Shown: one piece after another, positions 52,949 through 63,388 of the stretch | Layout of the letters: each line of letters starts with the position of its first letter | Numbering within the stretch: the first letter of the stretch is position 1 | NCBI GenBank assembly: GCA_965237955.1 | Contig: OZ250169.1 | Span: 3,904,001 to 3,968,000 of the forward strand | DNA from: Candidatus Marinacidobacterales bacterium | GTDB taxonomy: Bacteria > Acidobacteriota > Vicinamibacteria > Marinacidobacterales > SMYC01 | Direction of reading: 5' to 3' | DNA length: 64,000 nucleotides | The notes under the pieces: generated by a model | Seen by the model: only the letters and a program-made list of their open reading frames with translations | Database searches by the model: none | Told to the model about the DNA's origin: nothing | Program-made: the position numbers and the translations under genes

Positions 52949-54349
52949 TCACGCTGACAACGAGAACGGGCCGGTGCTGTCGCCGAAGCTTTCCATGTCC
53001 TCGAAACCGAGCTTTTGCATCAGGGCCAACATCACGTTCGCCATCGGCGTTCCCGGTTCGGCTCTGAGATGAACGCCGCCGTCGAGTTTTCCGCTGGCGC
53101 CCCCCGCCACGAAGAGCGGGCAGCGCTTGTGGTTGTGCACGTGGGGGTCGCCCATCGGCGAGCCGTAGATGACCATCGTCTTGTCCAAGAGGCTCGCTCC
53201 TTCTTCCTGGATGCTCTGGAGCTTCTCGAAGAAGTAAGGAAGCATCCCGACGTGGTATCGGTTGATCTGGAAGAACTCTTCGATGTTCTTCTCTTTGTCG
53301 CCGTGGTGCGATGCCGGATGGAAACCTTTGTCGATGCCGCTCGAGGGATACACCCGACCCGACGCATCGCGCCCCATCTTGAAGGAGAACACGCGCGTCA
53401 TGTCCGCCTCGAATGCGAGCGCCTGCAGATCGAACATCAATCGCACGTGCTCATCGTAAGAGTCCGGAACGCCTGCGGGGGCTTCTGGGAGCTCCCTCAT
53501 CTCACCGCTCGAGTTGCGCTCGACGACTCTTTCGATCTGCCGTTCGATCTCGCGAATGTTCTCGAGATAGCGATCCATGCGCTGGCGATCGCTCGCGTCG
53601 AGCTCCCGGCTGAGATCGTTCACTTCGCCCATGACGAAGTCGAGAATGCTCTTGCTCGCGCGTCGACGCGCTGCCCGCTCCTCGGCGGTGCCGCCTGCGC
53701 CGAATAGCAAATCGAACGCAACCCGCGGATCGCGGATCATGGGAAGTGGCTCGGTCGCCGTCGCCCAGCTAAGCGTATCCGTGTACACGCACGAGTAGCC
53801 GTACGCGCATCCGCCCGCCTGATCGACGTTCTCGATACAAAGTTGCATCGACGGAATCGGCGTGTCTTGACCGAAACGTTGTGCGTAGAGCTGGTCCATC
53901 GACGGCGCGACGAAGACGTCGGAGCTTTCGGTCTGCTTCGGATGCGACTGCGTCAGAAACACGGCGCTCGAGCGGAAGTGATCGCCGCCGATCTCTTGGG
54001 GAATGACCGCCTCGGCGCCGCGCACGTCAGTGTCACTGACGATGGTCAAATAGTTCCGGAACGGCTCGAGCGAGCTCAAAGCAGTCGGGCTGAGATCGAA
54101 ATCCGGTCCGACGTCTGCGGGTGACCAGAGGTTCTGAGTCGCGCCCCACTTGGTGCTACCGGCGGCGCCGTGGACCATCTCGATGGCGACGAGACGAGTC
54201 CGCTCGAGCGATGTCGCCGTCTCTGTTGCCAGAGCTTTCCCGGCAGGCACCATCGCGTCCAGAAACGGTAGCGCCACGGTGGCGCCCACGCCGCGCAGAA
54301 ATGTACGCCGAGGAATGCGCTTTCCGGTCAGAATCCACCTCATACTCAT
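52949..54349 (-). CDS. DUF1552 domain protein
   Basis: RRTFLRG..VALPFLDAM, SMDQL, YSCVY...SW, DPRVAFD. Confidence 0.88.
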   Translation of the reverse strand: MSMRWILTGKRIPRRTFLRGVGATVALPFLDAMVPAGKALATETATSLERTRLVAIEMVHGAAGSTKWGATQNLWSPADVGPDFDLSPTALSSLEPFRNYLTIVSDTDVRGAEAVIPQEIGGDHFRSSAVFLTQSHPKQTESSDVFVAPSMDQLYAQRFGQDTPIPSMQLCIENVDQAGGCAYGYSCVYTDTLSWATATEPLPMIRDPRVAFDLLFGAGGTAEERAARRRASKSILDFVMGEVNDLSRELDASDRQRMDRYLENIREIERQIERVVERNSSGEMRELPEAPAGVPDSYDEHVRLMFDLQALAFEADMTRVFSFKMGRDASGRVYPSSGIDKGFHPASHHGDKEKNIEEFFQINRYHVGMLPYFFEKLQSIQEEGASLLDKTMVIYGSPMGDPHVHNHKRCPLFVAGGASGKLDGGVHLRAEPGTPMANVMLALMQKLGFEDMESFGDSTGPFSLSA

Positions 54350-54364
54350 CGTTCGGACCTCCAG

Positions 54365-56809
54365 CTATGGCTCGTCGCTCGCGCGCACGTTGGGCGCGGG
54401 CGCCGCCTTCATGCGAAACGCGGGGCTTTTGACGACGCCCAGGATGAAAGCGGACATGCGGTTGGCGTTTTCAGTGGCCGCGGCCTCGCGCTCGATCGCG
54501 CGGACGGCCGGCATGTCGTAGTACTCGAGCCGTCGTCCCAGAGCGTAGGCCATCAAGTTCTCAGTGAACGTTCGGATCAAAGACGTCGAGCGCGTCAGGA
54601 GCGCCGCGCGCAAATCTTCGGGACCGTGGAGCGGTGTTCCGTCGTAGAGCTCGCCGGACGTGTCGACGTCCACGCCTCGGTCTCGGATGCGCCAGGCGCC
54701 GGTGGCGTCGAAGTTCTCGAGAGCGAGGCCGAGCGGATCGATCATGCGGTGACACGAGTTGCACGCGGGGTCTGCCCGGTGTTTTTCCATCTGCTCGCGC
54801 ACCGAAAGCAAACGACCGCCGGCGGCCTCTCCGGTTTCGTCGAGCTCCGGCACGTTCGGCGGCTGCGGCGGCGGTGGGCTCCCGAGCAGTACTTCCATGA
54901 TCCATTTGCCGCGCAGCACCGGAGACGTCCGGCTCGCGTGCGACGTCAGCGTCAAGACGCTCCCGTGACCCAACAGTCCTCTCCGTCGCTCGTCCGGATA
55001 CAAGACGCGGCGGAAGTCATCGCCTCTCACGTCGCGGATTCCGTAGTGGTTTGCAAGCCGCTCGTCGAGAAACGTGTAGTCCGCGGTGAGAAGCTCGAGC
55101 ACGCTCCGGTCGTCGCGGACGACGCTCTCGAAGAAAAGCTTGGTCTCGAGCCGCATCGAAGCCTTCAGCTGGTCGTGGAAATCCGGATACGTCCGCACGT
55201 TCGGATGCATCTTTTCCAAGTCCTGCAACCGAAGCCACTGTGCGGCGAAGCGCGTCGAAAGTGCGGCCGAGCGGGAGTCCGCCAACATCCTGCGGGCCTC
55301 GGCTGCGAGCACATCGGGATCCGAAAGCCTTTTGTCGCGAGCCAAAGCCATGAGCTTTTCATCCGGACCGGCGCCCCACAAGAAAAACGAGAGACGTGAT
55401 GCGAGGTCGATGTCGCGGATGCGGTACATCTCACCGGGACGTGCGTTCGCGGGCGGCTCCTCGAAACGGAAGACAAAATGGGGGCTCGCTAGAATACCTT
55501 CGAGTGCAGTGCGAATGCCAGATTCGAAAGAAGCATCGAAACCGCCATCGGAAGCGCCGATCTCGTAAAGCGACATCAGCGTACCGAGAGCGTTCGGCGC
55601 AAGAGGCTTTCGATACGCCTTGGAGGCTAACCGCGCGACGATCTCTTCCGCACACGAAACCTCGTCGTCCGCGGACACGGGACGGCAGCTGAAGATCGCC
55701 TCGCGACTCGGCGACTCCGAGACCCCGGTGGGGTTATACGGTCCGGTGATGGCGAGATCTCTCAGGTGAGGGACGCTGGTGAAACCGTACGCGTCTGCGA
55801 TGCTCGTGCTCGCGATGGACCAATCGTGCGGCGACATGAGGTCCTGCAGCGGGCCTTCGACTTTGTTGATGAACGCCGCGGAGATGCGCTGAGGACCCGA
55901 GTGGATGAAAACCGGCTCGGTGCGCATGTCGAGTCCCTCCGGGTCGGAAGCATGCATCCACCGGTCGATGTCGAGAAGCGCCACCCGCTCACCGTTGACG
56001 GAAATCTCGAGCTGCTCCACTACGTCAGTGGTGTGCAGTGCCGCGCGACCACTACCGTGGAGCGCACCCGTCGTCTCGTGGTGGAAAGAGACCCGGAACC
56101 GGTACTCGCCGTCGGCGAGGAAGTTGTGGACGACGGAGACCCCGCCCCGGGTTCCGTACGGCGCGCCTTCGACGTGCTCGGTTTGCGACACCCAGCGCGT
56201 GACCTTGTAGGTGGCTTCTCTGGGGCCGGCCGTCGCATCGCCAATCGCGAGGCGGCTCACCTCTGAGGCGGCGCGAAGATACGCTTCCATCAGTGTCGCC
56301 GAAAGCATCTGGACATCGGCGATGTTGTCGAAGTTGGCGCTTTTGGTGTCGAGCGGGAGGTAATCGCCCGCGTCGATGTCGAGCGCGAGGAGGTCCCGGA
56401 TCGAAGCCTCGTACTCGGCGCGATTGAGACGCTGGAACGTGCGTCGGCCCGGGTTGGGGTTCGCCGCGGCGAATTGGTCGAGCCGGGTCTCGAGCACGGT
56501 GGCGAGCGCGAGAAGGCGGTCTTCGCCGGGCCGGGGTACACCCGCGGGAGGCATCATGCCCGCCCGCAGTTTGCGGATCATCTTCTCGGCAAGCGCCGCA
56601 TTGGCTTCCGCTTTGGCGACCTCGAAGGTCTCGAGCGACATGTTGCCCAGGTGCGCCGCGTCGTTGTGGCACGCGTAGCAGGTCTCGTCGACCAACGCCT
56701 GCGCGGCGCCAATACTTTCTGGGCTCCCTGGCGACTCGGCGCCGCTTGCGAAGCCGGCCAAAATCAGGAGGAAAGCTGCGGCGCCCAGCCTCGCCGCGGG
56801 ACTTGTCAT
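54365..56809 (-). CDS. DUF1592/DUF1588/DUF1585 multidomain cytochrome c-like protein
   Basis: CYACH, RLNRAEY, LASRLSFFLW, RTSPVLRGKWI, CNSCH. Confidence 0.9.
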   Translation of the reverse strand: MTSPAARLGAAAFLLILAGFASGAESPGSPESIGAAQALVDETCYACHNDAAHLGNMSLETFEVAKAEANAALAEKMIRKLRAGMMPPAGVPRPGEDRLLALATVLETRLDQFAAANPNPGRRTFQRLNRAEYEASIRDLLALDIDAGDYLPLDTKSANFDNIADVQMLSATLMEAYLRAASEVSRLAIGDATAGPREATYKVTRWVSQTEHVEGAPYGTRGGVSVVHNFLADGEYRFRVSFHHETTGALHGSGRAALHTTDVVEQLEISVNGERVALLDIDRWMHASDPEGLDMRTEPVFIHSGPQRISAAFINKVEGPLQDLMSPHDWSIASTSIADAYGFTSVPHLRDLAITGPYNPTGVSESPSREAIFSCRPVSADDEVSCAEEIVARLASKAYRKPLAPNALGTLMSLYEIGASDGGFDASFESGIRTALEGILASPHFVFRFEEPPANARPGEMYRIRDIDLASRLSFFLWGAGPDEKLMALARDKRLSDPDVLAAEARRMLADSRSAALSTRFAAQWLRLQDLEKMHPNVRTYPDFHDQLKASMRLETKLFFESVVRDDRSVLELLTADYTFLDERLANHYGIRDVRGDDFRRVLYPDERRRGLLGHGSVLTLTSHASRTSPVLRGKWIMEVLLGSPPPPQPPNVPELDETGEAAGGRLLSVREQMEKHRADPACNSCHRMIDPLGLALENFDATGAWRIRDRGVDVDTSGELYDGTPLHGPEDLRAALLTRSTSLIRTFTENLMAYALGRRLEYYDMPAVRAIEREAAATENANRMSAFILGVVKSPAFRMKAAPAPNVRASDEP

Positions 56810-56876
56810 CGGTGTCTCACCTCACCTGCGAGCGTAGGATACCACTCGGCATCATTATTAATACAATAGGCTCTCC

Positions 56877-57501
56877 ATGCGCGATCTCGACACGGAATTC
56901 GGACGGATCGACATCTATCTCTTCGACCAGTTGCTACGCGGCAACATCCGGCACGGCGTCAGGATACTCGACGCGGGGTGTTGGTTCGGGACGAAACCTC
57001 GTCTACCTGATGCGTTCGGGCTACGAAGTTTTCGGGGTCGATGCGAATCCCGAGGCCATCGATGATGTTCGGAAGCTCGCAGCGACACTGTCGCCTCAGC
57101 TACCGGAGACCAATTTTCGCGTGGAAGCCATCGAGGCCATGACCACCCCCGACCAGTCGGTCGACGTCGTTCTCTCGAGCGCGGTGCTGCATTTCGCCCG
57201 CGACGACGATCACTTCTGGGCTATGGTGAATGCGATGTGGCGCGCTCTCGCTGATGGCGGGCTGTTCTTCTGCCGTCTCGCCTCGACGATTGGAATGGCG
57301 GATCGTTGCCGGCGAGTCGAGGGACGGCGTTTTGTCTCGCCCGACGGGGTGGAGCGCTATCTCGTGGACGAAGCCATGCTCGTCGACGCCACGGTGAAGC
57401 TCGGAGGAGAGCTAGTCGACCCGTTAAAAACCACCGTCGTCCAGGACCAGCGATGCATGACCACATGGGTCGTCCTCAAGCGGCGCAAGAAACGTCCCTA
57501 A
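56877..57501 (+). CDS. Class I SAM-dependent methyltransferase (frameshift ~56981)
   Basis: ILDAGC(G)SGRNL motif I across a 1-nt insertion; SSAVLHFA. Confidence 0.85.
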
Positions 57502-57504
57502 ACC

Positions 57505-57565
57505 CTCCCCCTCTTGGGGGAGAGAGTTTCACGGAGGCTCGCAAAGCGAGCCGGATGAGGGGGCG
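57505..57565. repeat. REP-like palindromic repeat; related copy at ~62362-62410
   Basis: CTCCCC..TTG.GGGAGAGAGTTTCAC.GAG shared by both sites. Confidence 0.55.
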
Positions 57566-57638
57566 CCGCCCGAAGCCAAACTCGACTCCGAAGCCTACGA
57601 ACGCGATCTCCCCGCCCGACACAACCCTAGGGGAAAAA

Positions 57639-57977
57639 AAGCCCAAAAAAGTCGATTGGTACTATCAACGCAAAGGGTGAACGAGCTGTGGAAGAGCGTC
57701 CAAGTTCATGGACGCCAAGGGTGTCGAAGCCAAAGAAGTCATTCCCGCTTCGAGAAAGCTCGATCGACGCGATGCCGCGGAGCTCGTCAAGGCCGCGAAG
57801 AAAGTGATCGTGGCCAAGGGTAAGAAAGTTCAAAGCTTTCCCGGCGGGAACGCGACCAAGGAAGTCGTCGACGCGCTCCTCGGCCCAACCGGGAACCTGC
57901 GCGCACCCACCGTGCGAGTAGGGAAGTCTTTGTTGGTGGGTTTCGACGAGAGCTCCTACGCCGACGTTCTGGGTTAG
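57639..57977 (+). CDS. ArsC-family selenoprotein (UxxC); start codon reads AAG in this sequence
   Basis: PKKVDWYYQRKG-TGA-TSC in frame with LGPTGNLRAPT...LVGF; SECIS-like hairpin follows. Confidence 0.8.
57696..57715 (+). promoter_or_regulatory. Candidate bacterial SECIS element
   Basis: GCGTCCA-AGTTCA-TGGACGC 7-bp stem starting 15 nt after the TGA at 57678-57680. Confidence 0.7.
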
Positions 57978-58040
57978 GGGCCCGAACAGGGGTGCCGGTC
58001 GCTGAACCCTTCGCGAAGACGACACGGAAGGGAGCGCGCG

Positions 58041-58216
58041 TGCCAAACGTTTGGCAACAACATCAAGGGCCCCAACCGCCCAACAGGAGGTGTAGGTCTG
58101 CCAAACGTTTGGCAGACGGGACAGGGGGCCGTAGCGCTTTCGCGGCGTTCCCGAAAGCGCGTCTCTCGCAGCGCCGCTCGCGGAACGACGACGCCGCGAA
58201 GTGCCAAACGTTTGGC
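58041..58216. repeat. Three copies of palindrome (T)GCCAAACGTTTGGC(A)
   Basis: At 58041-58056, 58099-58114 and 58202-58216. Confidence 0.9.
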
Positions 58217-58302
58217 GCTTCGAAACATTCTGCCCCCCGGAGCACCGGATCGGACACACTCCTTCCCCTCGATCGATAGCCTCCGGTCTGTAATCGCTTC
58301 GC

Positions 58303-59412
58303 TCAGGCGTGAAGCGGCTCGCCGAGCTCCATGTCATTGTCAATGTCAGCGAGACCCTCCACGTCAATCTCGGCCAGCCGTTCGTGGCGCTCCATTGCCG
58401 TCTCCATCACCTTGGGCCGACGCCATTCGAGATCGACGGGAGCTTTCCCCGACAGACCGATCAGCCCCGCGTGCAGCATCCTGTGGTGGAACCAACAAAG
58501 CGTCAAAAGATTCGACGGGTCGTTCATCTCCCACCACTTCTTTTTCCCGAACTTGCTACGGTGCTCCAGGTGATGGACATGCAAGCCGTAGCGCACGCGA
58601 CAACCTGGGTATTGACATAAATAGCCATCGCGTTCGAGGACGGACTTGTGGATAGCCGCATAACAGCGCACTTCCACCGACGGCAGGTCGGCGCCTTCCG
58701 GACACATGAGAGCTTCCACCTTGGGATCCAGCTCCAGGGAGATCGGCTCCGACACCGATACCGTCTCTGCTTGCTCTTGCGGCACGTCGGCCTCGTCTCC
58801 GCCGTCACCCTCAGCTTCCGCCGCGTCGTGCTCCATTGGCTCCACGCGCGCCTGGTACGTCGCGAGGAACTCGGCTGCGATGTACTCGAGTGCCAGACCC
58901 ACATCGATCTCTTCGCCGCTCACGCGGCGGACGATCTCCAGAGCCTGCGCCCAAATCGACGCCTGTTCAGCGGTGAGGTAGATGCTGATCTTGCCTCCGT
59001 GGGTCTGCACCTCGTCACGGATCAGGCGCTCGAGATCGCGGAAGGAGTTGTTCACTGCTTTTTCGGTCCACTCCTCATCAGTCTCGGGACTCGCCTGCGA
59101 TGCGGCCTTCGCTGCTTTGGTCCAGCCGAGCTTGCCGGTGGCGAGCGCTCGGGTGAGCCGCGGTAGCTGAGTGAGCTTGCGCGCGAGGTACAAGAGCGTG
59201 CGCGTCTTGGAATGACAGAAGCTGAATCGCTCCATCGCGTAGTCGTAAATATTCTCGAAGCCAAAGACGTGGTAGTGGCGGCGGCGGTTGATCTGATAGA
59301 GGTAGAAGCAAATCAACTTCTCTGCACGTTCATGGTCTTGGACCGCCTTTTCGAGTCGATGATCGAGCTCTGCCGCGGAGAGCGGCGTGGCATTGGGAAG
59401 AAAATCGTACAT
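58303..59412 (-). CDS. HNH endonuclease with DUF222-like N-terminal domain
   Basis: LPRLTRALATGKLGWTKA; VLERDGYLCQYPGC..LHVHH...NLLTLCWFHH..H; RBS AAGGAG. Confidence 0.88.
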   Translation of the reverse strand: MYDFLPNATPLSAAELDHRLEKAVQDHERAEKLICFYLYQINRRRHYHVFGFENIYDYAMERFSFCHSKTRTLLYLARKLTQLPRLTRALATGKLGWTKAAKAASQASPETDEEWTEKAVNNSFRDLERLIRDEVQTHGGKISIYLTAEQASIWAQALEIVRRVSGEEIDVGLALEYIAAEFLATYQARVEPMEHDAAEAEGDGGDEADVPQEQAETVSVSEPISLELDPKVEALMCPEGADLPSVEVRCYAAIHKSVLERDGYLCQYPGCRVRYGLHVHHLEHRSKFGKKKWWEMNDPSNLLTLCWFHHRMLHAGLIGLSGKAPVDLEWRRPKVMETAMERHERLAEIDVEGLADIDNDMELGEPLHA

Positions 59413-59741
59413 CGTTATTATCTCCTTGAAACAAATAGCTTTAGATGGTAAAACACTGACGAATTGTAAGGTATATATTAAGTAAAAGTAGTGGGCCAAG
59501 TCAAATCGGTATGACTGTTAAGTGTTTTCGAATCAATTAGTTACAGAGTAAAAATAGTGCAGGCGAGAAGTCGTGCGCCTTCAAACTGTTGTTACAAAAT
59601 GGGTTACGTCGGTGGATGCGAGTCAAGACTCGAGAGATTCGGTCTCGAACGACGCGGGCAACGCGACTTCTAGTAACTCCAAATCCGTCGAGCCGTCGGC
59701 GAACGCGTAGGACATCCCTGCCGGCAAGACCACAGAGTCCC

Positions 59742-60829
59742 TGCCTTGGTGCACAACTCCGATAGAGGCCGAGAGCTCGCTTGGCCCCGACTCCCATCAT
59801 CCGATCATCTCGCTATCAGGCATCCCGAGCGCCGTCATCGTGTTGAGAATCTTGCACCCGATCCTTGCCTCGACTCTCTGTGCCGCTAACCCTCTCGCTC
59901 GCATCGCTGAGCCCACGATAGCCTTGTAGCGATGGAACGTTGTCTCGACTTTGCTCCGTTTGCTGTAGCCCGATTCTGTGTGCCACTTTCGTTTGCCGAG
60001 CCGAGCTTGTGCTGCAATGTTGCGATTGCGCTGTCGGCTGCTCGCCGGCCCCGATGCGAGCTGGGCGCCCTTGCGCGGCGGTATCAGCACCCTCGGCGAG
60101 CAATGAGCGCTGTGATTCTCGATTGCCTCATAGACGCCGCCGGCGTCGTATGCGGTGTCAGCTCTGGCCGATGAGATGGGACTGTCGATCTGTCCGACAA
60201 GCGATGCAACCCGCGATGAATCGCGGGCTCTTTTGCTCGTCAAGCTCGCCGGCGACGACTTCGCCAGTCTGCTCGTCGACACACAGATGGAGCTTGCGAT
60301 AGTCCCTGCTCTTTGGTGCTCTGCGCAGCTGGCCGGCGTGGACAGCGAGACCGCTGCTGTCGATCAAGATGTGCAACGGCGTCTTCTGCTTGTCTTGGTA
60401 GAAGGGGACCTTACCCAGCTTCGCCTTGCGCCTCGAGATCGTGGTGTGATCGGGCACATCATTGTCTAGCTTCATCAGAGCGAACAACGATCGCAGCAAT
60501 CCCTCGCTCTGCCTAGATGACAGATGAAACACCATGCCCAGGGTGACAGCCGTCTCGATGGCGTGGTTCGAGTACTTGCGTTGACGGCCCGGTTTCCTCC
60601 TCCTCGGCCGGGGCGCGTCCCAGTTCACAAGCTTGCCGGCGGTGAGCGAGATCCAGACGGTCAGGCTCCCACGGTTGCGTAGACCCGCCTCATATTCACG
60701 CCAATTCCTCACGCGATAGGCCTTCTTCACATACTTCCGCTGAGTGCGTTTGAAAATGCTCATGGGGAACCTCGAATCCGTGAGTAAAGGACAATTGTGG
60801 ACCGAGATCGCGAGTTGTGCACCAAGGCA
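59742..60829 (-). mobile_element. IS5-family (IS903 group) element, copy 2 (1-nt insertion ~60242)
   Basis: Near-identical to 20095-21181; same 18-bp IR; no TSD seen. Confidence 0.92.
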
Positions 60830-60866
60830 GATTTTTCCTATCCTTCTGAATCGGCGTGCCTGGATG

Positions 60867-61574
60867 TTACGGCCGGCGGCGCCGGAGCGCGGATACCTTG
60901 TCGACGAGGATCTGCACCGGCCCCCGATTGAACGGGTTCCACCTCTTTTGCGTGGTGTTGATGAACTGTAGCTGGCCATCGAACGTAATGCGCGCGTTCA
61001 AAGCGTAGGTGTTCCGCTCCTCGATCCGTCGCTTTGGATAGTAGAGGCGGAACGGAAGCGGCACTTGGCGTCCACCGGTCACTTGCACCTGTTGCGCGAT
61101 CACATCCGCAGCGACGTCCTGGAGCGACACGTCGTCGAGCCGAACGATGTAGACGGCGTTGGGCGGAAGCGCGATGCGCTCACGGTGCACGACGGTTCCG
61201 GAGACAGTGTCGATCGCGTCGTCGTTCCGCTGGTACTTCCCGGCGAGGTAGCGCTGGCCCAAGAGGACCAGCCGATCGTCGCGGACGGCCTGGATCCCGA
61301 GGCGGTACTCGAGCGGGTCAGGAGCGTGCTCCGAGTTGGTGGTCAGGAACAGGCCGTCCACTTCGCGCCTCCAACTAATGCCGCTGATGCGCGGGACCCC
61401 GGCCACGCCGAGAGTACCATCGGGCTCGAGAATGATGGCCTCGAAGACGCCGGGGGCGTTCGGCGCTTCACGAACCCAGGTGCCAGCGATATCCCGGGCA
61501 GCCCCTGGATGGGCGATGCCGAGGAGAGCCAAAGCGGTGATGGTGATGAGGTGGTGCAGAGAATTTCGACACAT
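60867..61574 (-). CDS. YbaY/YscW-domain exported protein
   Basis: VSGTVVHRERIALPP, LDDVSLQD, QVPLPFRL; signal peptide. Confidence 0.82.
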   Translation of the reverse strand: MCRNSLHHLITITALALLGIAHPGAARDIAGTWVREAPNAPGVFEAIILEPDGTLGVAGVPRISGISWRREVDGLFLTTNSEHAPDPLEYRLGIQAVRDDRLVLLGQRYLAGKYQRNDDAIDTVSGTVVHRERIALPPNAVYIVRLDDVSLQDVAADVIAQQVQVTGGRQVPLPFRLYYPKRRIEERNTYALNARITFDGQLQFINTTQKRWNPFNRGPVQILVDKVSALRRRRP

Positions 61575-62162
61575 GATGTTATCTCGTGAAGCCGTGGGTT
61601 TACAGAAGCTCGGAAACGTGATTATAGATCGGTTCTCTTGATACGCCCGTAGTGTGCCAAGATTCAGCCGCGCGGATGTCGAGTGTTGGCAGGCCATTGA
61701 TTTTTGAACCCCGTAACGGCCGCGTGCCTTGCTGCTCATTCGGGCGCGAAATTCCGGACTGTGGGCTTCAGAAAGCAAATTCTCATCTGACGAACTCGCT
61801 ACTGCAAGTTATTGACCCGGTCATGAAATATTTGGACCATGTCGCATAGCAAGGATTGGAAATTTCCAAGCCTGCCCGGGGCGTTCCACTGCGATTTCTC
61901 CAGCTTGACCGACGTGGCGTCACGTCATTCAGTATCGGTGACATTTAGCAAAGGGTACGTAGCAAGACAAGGCGGTGAGGGCGGAGTGTTTTCAGGGGGA
62001 AGACACAGGTGTGGTGTTGCGTTGTCAAAGAAACGGCACAGAGGAGATGAAGGGGAGAGACCGAAGCTAAGGCTGAGGAGGAGCGCGTGAGTGGGTCTTG
62101 GACTTTTTGAAATGAGCCAAGATTTTCCGAATCCCCTTCTGCTCGGTGATGAAGGCGACGAT

Positions 62163-62183
62163 TGTCCGAAAAGTGTCCGAAAA
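62163..62183 (+). repeat. Tandem TGTCCGAAAA x2 (candidate integrase arm sites)
   Basis: 10-bp direct repeat with 1-nt spacer about 100 bp upstream of the tRNA fragment. Confidence 0.55.
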
Positions 62184-62285
62184 CAACTGCCTACACCGGG
62201 TGAACACCGACAACGATGATCCCGCTAATTTGTTTATTTCTTAGCGGTCCTTCGTTTTTGGTTGTCGGGTCTCTCGGTATTCTTT

Positions 62286-62332
62286 GGCCTGTCACGCGGA
62301 GGTCGCGAGTTCGAGTCTCGTCGGCCCCGCCA
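62286..62332 (+). pseudogene. tRNA-Asp(GTC) 3' half, probable att duplication
   Basis: GGCCTGTCACGCGGAGGTCGCGAGTTCGAGTCTCGTCGGCCCCGCCA: anticodon loop, T arm, CCA; no 5' half. Confidence 0.85.
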
Positions 62333-62547
62333 TTACCTAATGCTTGATGCTGATGTTAAATCTCCCCCTTGTGGGAGAGAGTTTCACTGAGACCGGCGCA
62401 AGCACCGATAACGTCGTCCAACAGCTCGGAGCATTCCGGACAGGCGTCCGCGGAGTGAGAGGGCTCTGCGGTTGGTAGCAGACTATCGACTCATCGTGTT
62501 GCGAGGACCGGGCTACGCTATAGTAGGGGTTGTTGGTAAGTCATTAA

Positions 62548-62775
62548 ATGTCCAATTTCCAGTGTCGCGCCAGACACCTCATCCCTATTGGGATTGCCCT
62601 TGCCTTCGTCGCGGTGTTCGCACTGGCCTGTCGCGACCAACGTGAGCCCGTCACGCAGGAAGAGAAGGAGACCTGGGACGCGACGGCGCTTTTCCTGGCC
62701 GGCGTTTTCACGGTCAGCAAGAGCAGCTTCGACGACCGTCCCCAGGTCGTTGGGAACTTCTGGGACAATTACGAC
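62548..62775 (+). pseudogene. Lipoprotein N-terminal fragment
   Basis: Hydrophobic signal ending FALAC; runs into the opposite-strand hydrolase fragment. Confidence 0.4.
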
Positions 62776-63290
62776 TCGCCTTGCGCCGGCGGGGTCATGT
62801 CGTGGCGTCCGGTGATGACGAGGCTTCGTGCGGTGTTGTCTTCGGCGTCGAAGCTCGCCATGCCGTGCAAGAAAATGGCGGCGTCTATCGTGTCGGGGTG
62901 CTCTGAAGCAAGCAAGATGAGGTTCGCCGCTCCGTTCGACCAGCCGATGGCGTGGACGCGCTCGAGCCCCAAGTGCCCGCGGAGGGCGTGGAAATGCGTA
63001 CGGCGGCGGCTCCGAGGTTGGTCTCCTCATGCGCCGCCTCCGAGTCGCCCATGCCGCGGGGATCGAAGTAGACCATGGTCACGTGCGGCTCGAGCGGGCG
63101 GTAGAGCGCCCGAAGTCCCTCCAACGAAAGGCCCCACGAGTTCGGCACGGTCATGGAGCACCGGGCCGGAGCCGTGCACCTCGTAGTGGATGGCGAAACC
63201 GTTCAGCTCCGCTGTGAACGAGCCGGTTTCGAGCTCCTGAGAGGGAGTGGTACAACCGTTTATAATTAATGATGCAGCTGATGCTGCCAA
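62769..63290 (-). pseudogene. Alpha/beta hydrolase remnant
   Basis: IHYEVHGSGP, YFDPRGMGDS, IGWSNG, ITGRHD spread over three frames. Confidence 0.75.
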
Positions 63291-63388
63291 ACAGTCCCGT
63301 CATGTCGTTTCTTACATCCTTAGTGCCCACGTTAATATAAGATGAGGCGGGATCGTCAATCTGGCAACTCTAGGTTATGAGGTATTCG

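Noticed and set aside
58041-58216. CRISPR array call for the palindromes
   Set aside because: Repeats are only 14-16 bp, spacers are uneven, and no cas genes are present; kept as a non-CRISPR finding.
2040-60245. Programmed frameshifting in thuA-like, istA, methyltransferase, S10, cassette gene and IS5 copy 2
   Set aside because: Single-base indels in short homopolymers without slippery heptamers; most consistent with long-read error.
61645-61662. Sigma-54 promoter for the YbaY-domain gene
   Set aside because: -24 TGGCAC is present on the minus strand but the -12 region (GGGC) is poor.
62286-62332. Functional tRNA-Asp
   Set aside because: No D arm or 5' acceptor strand upstream.
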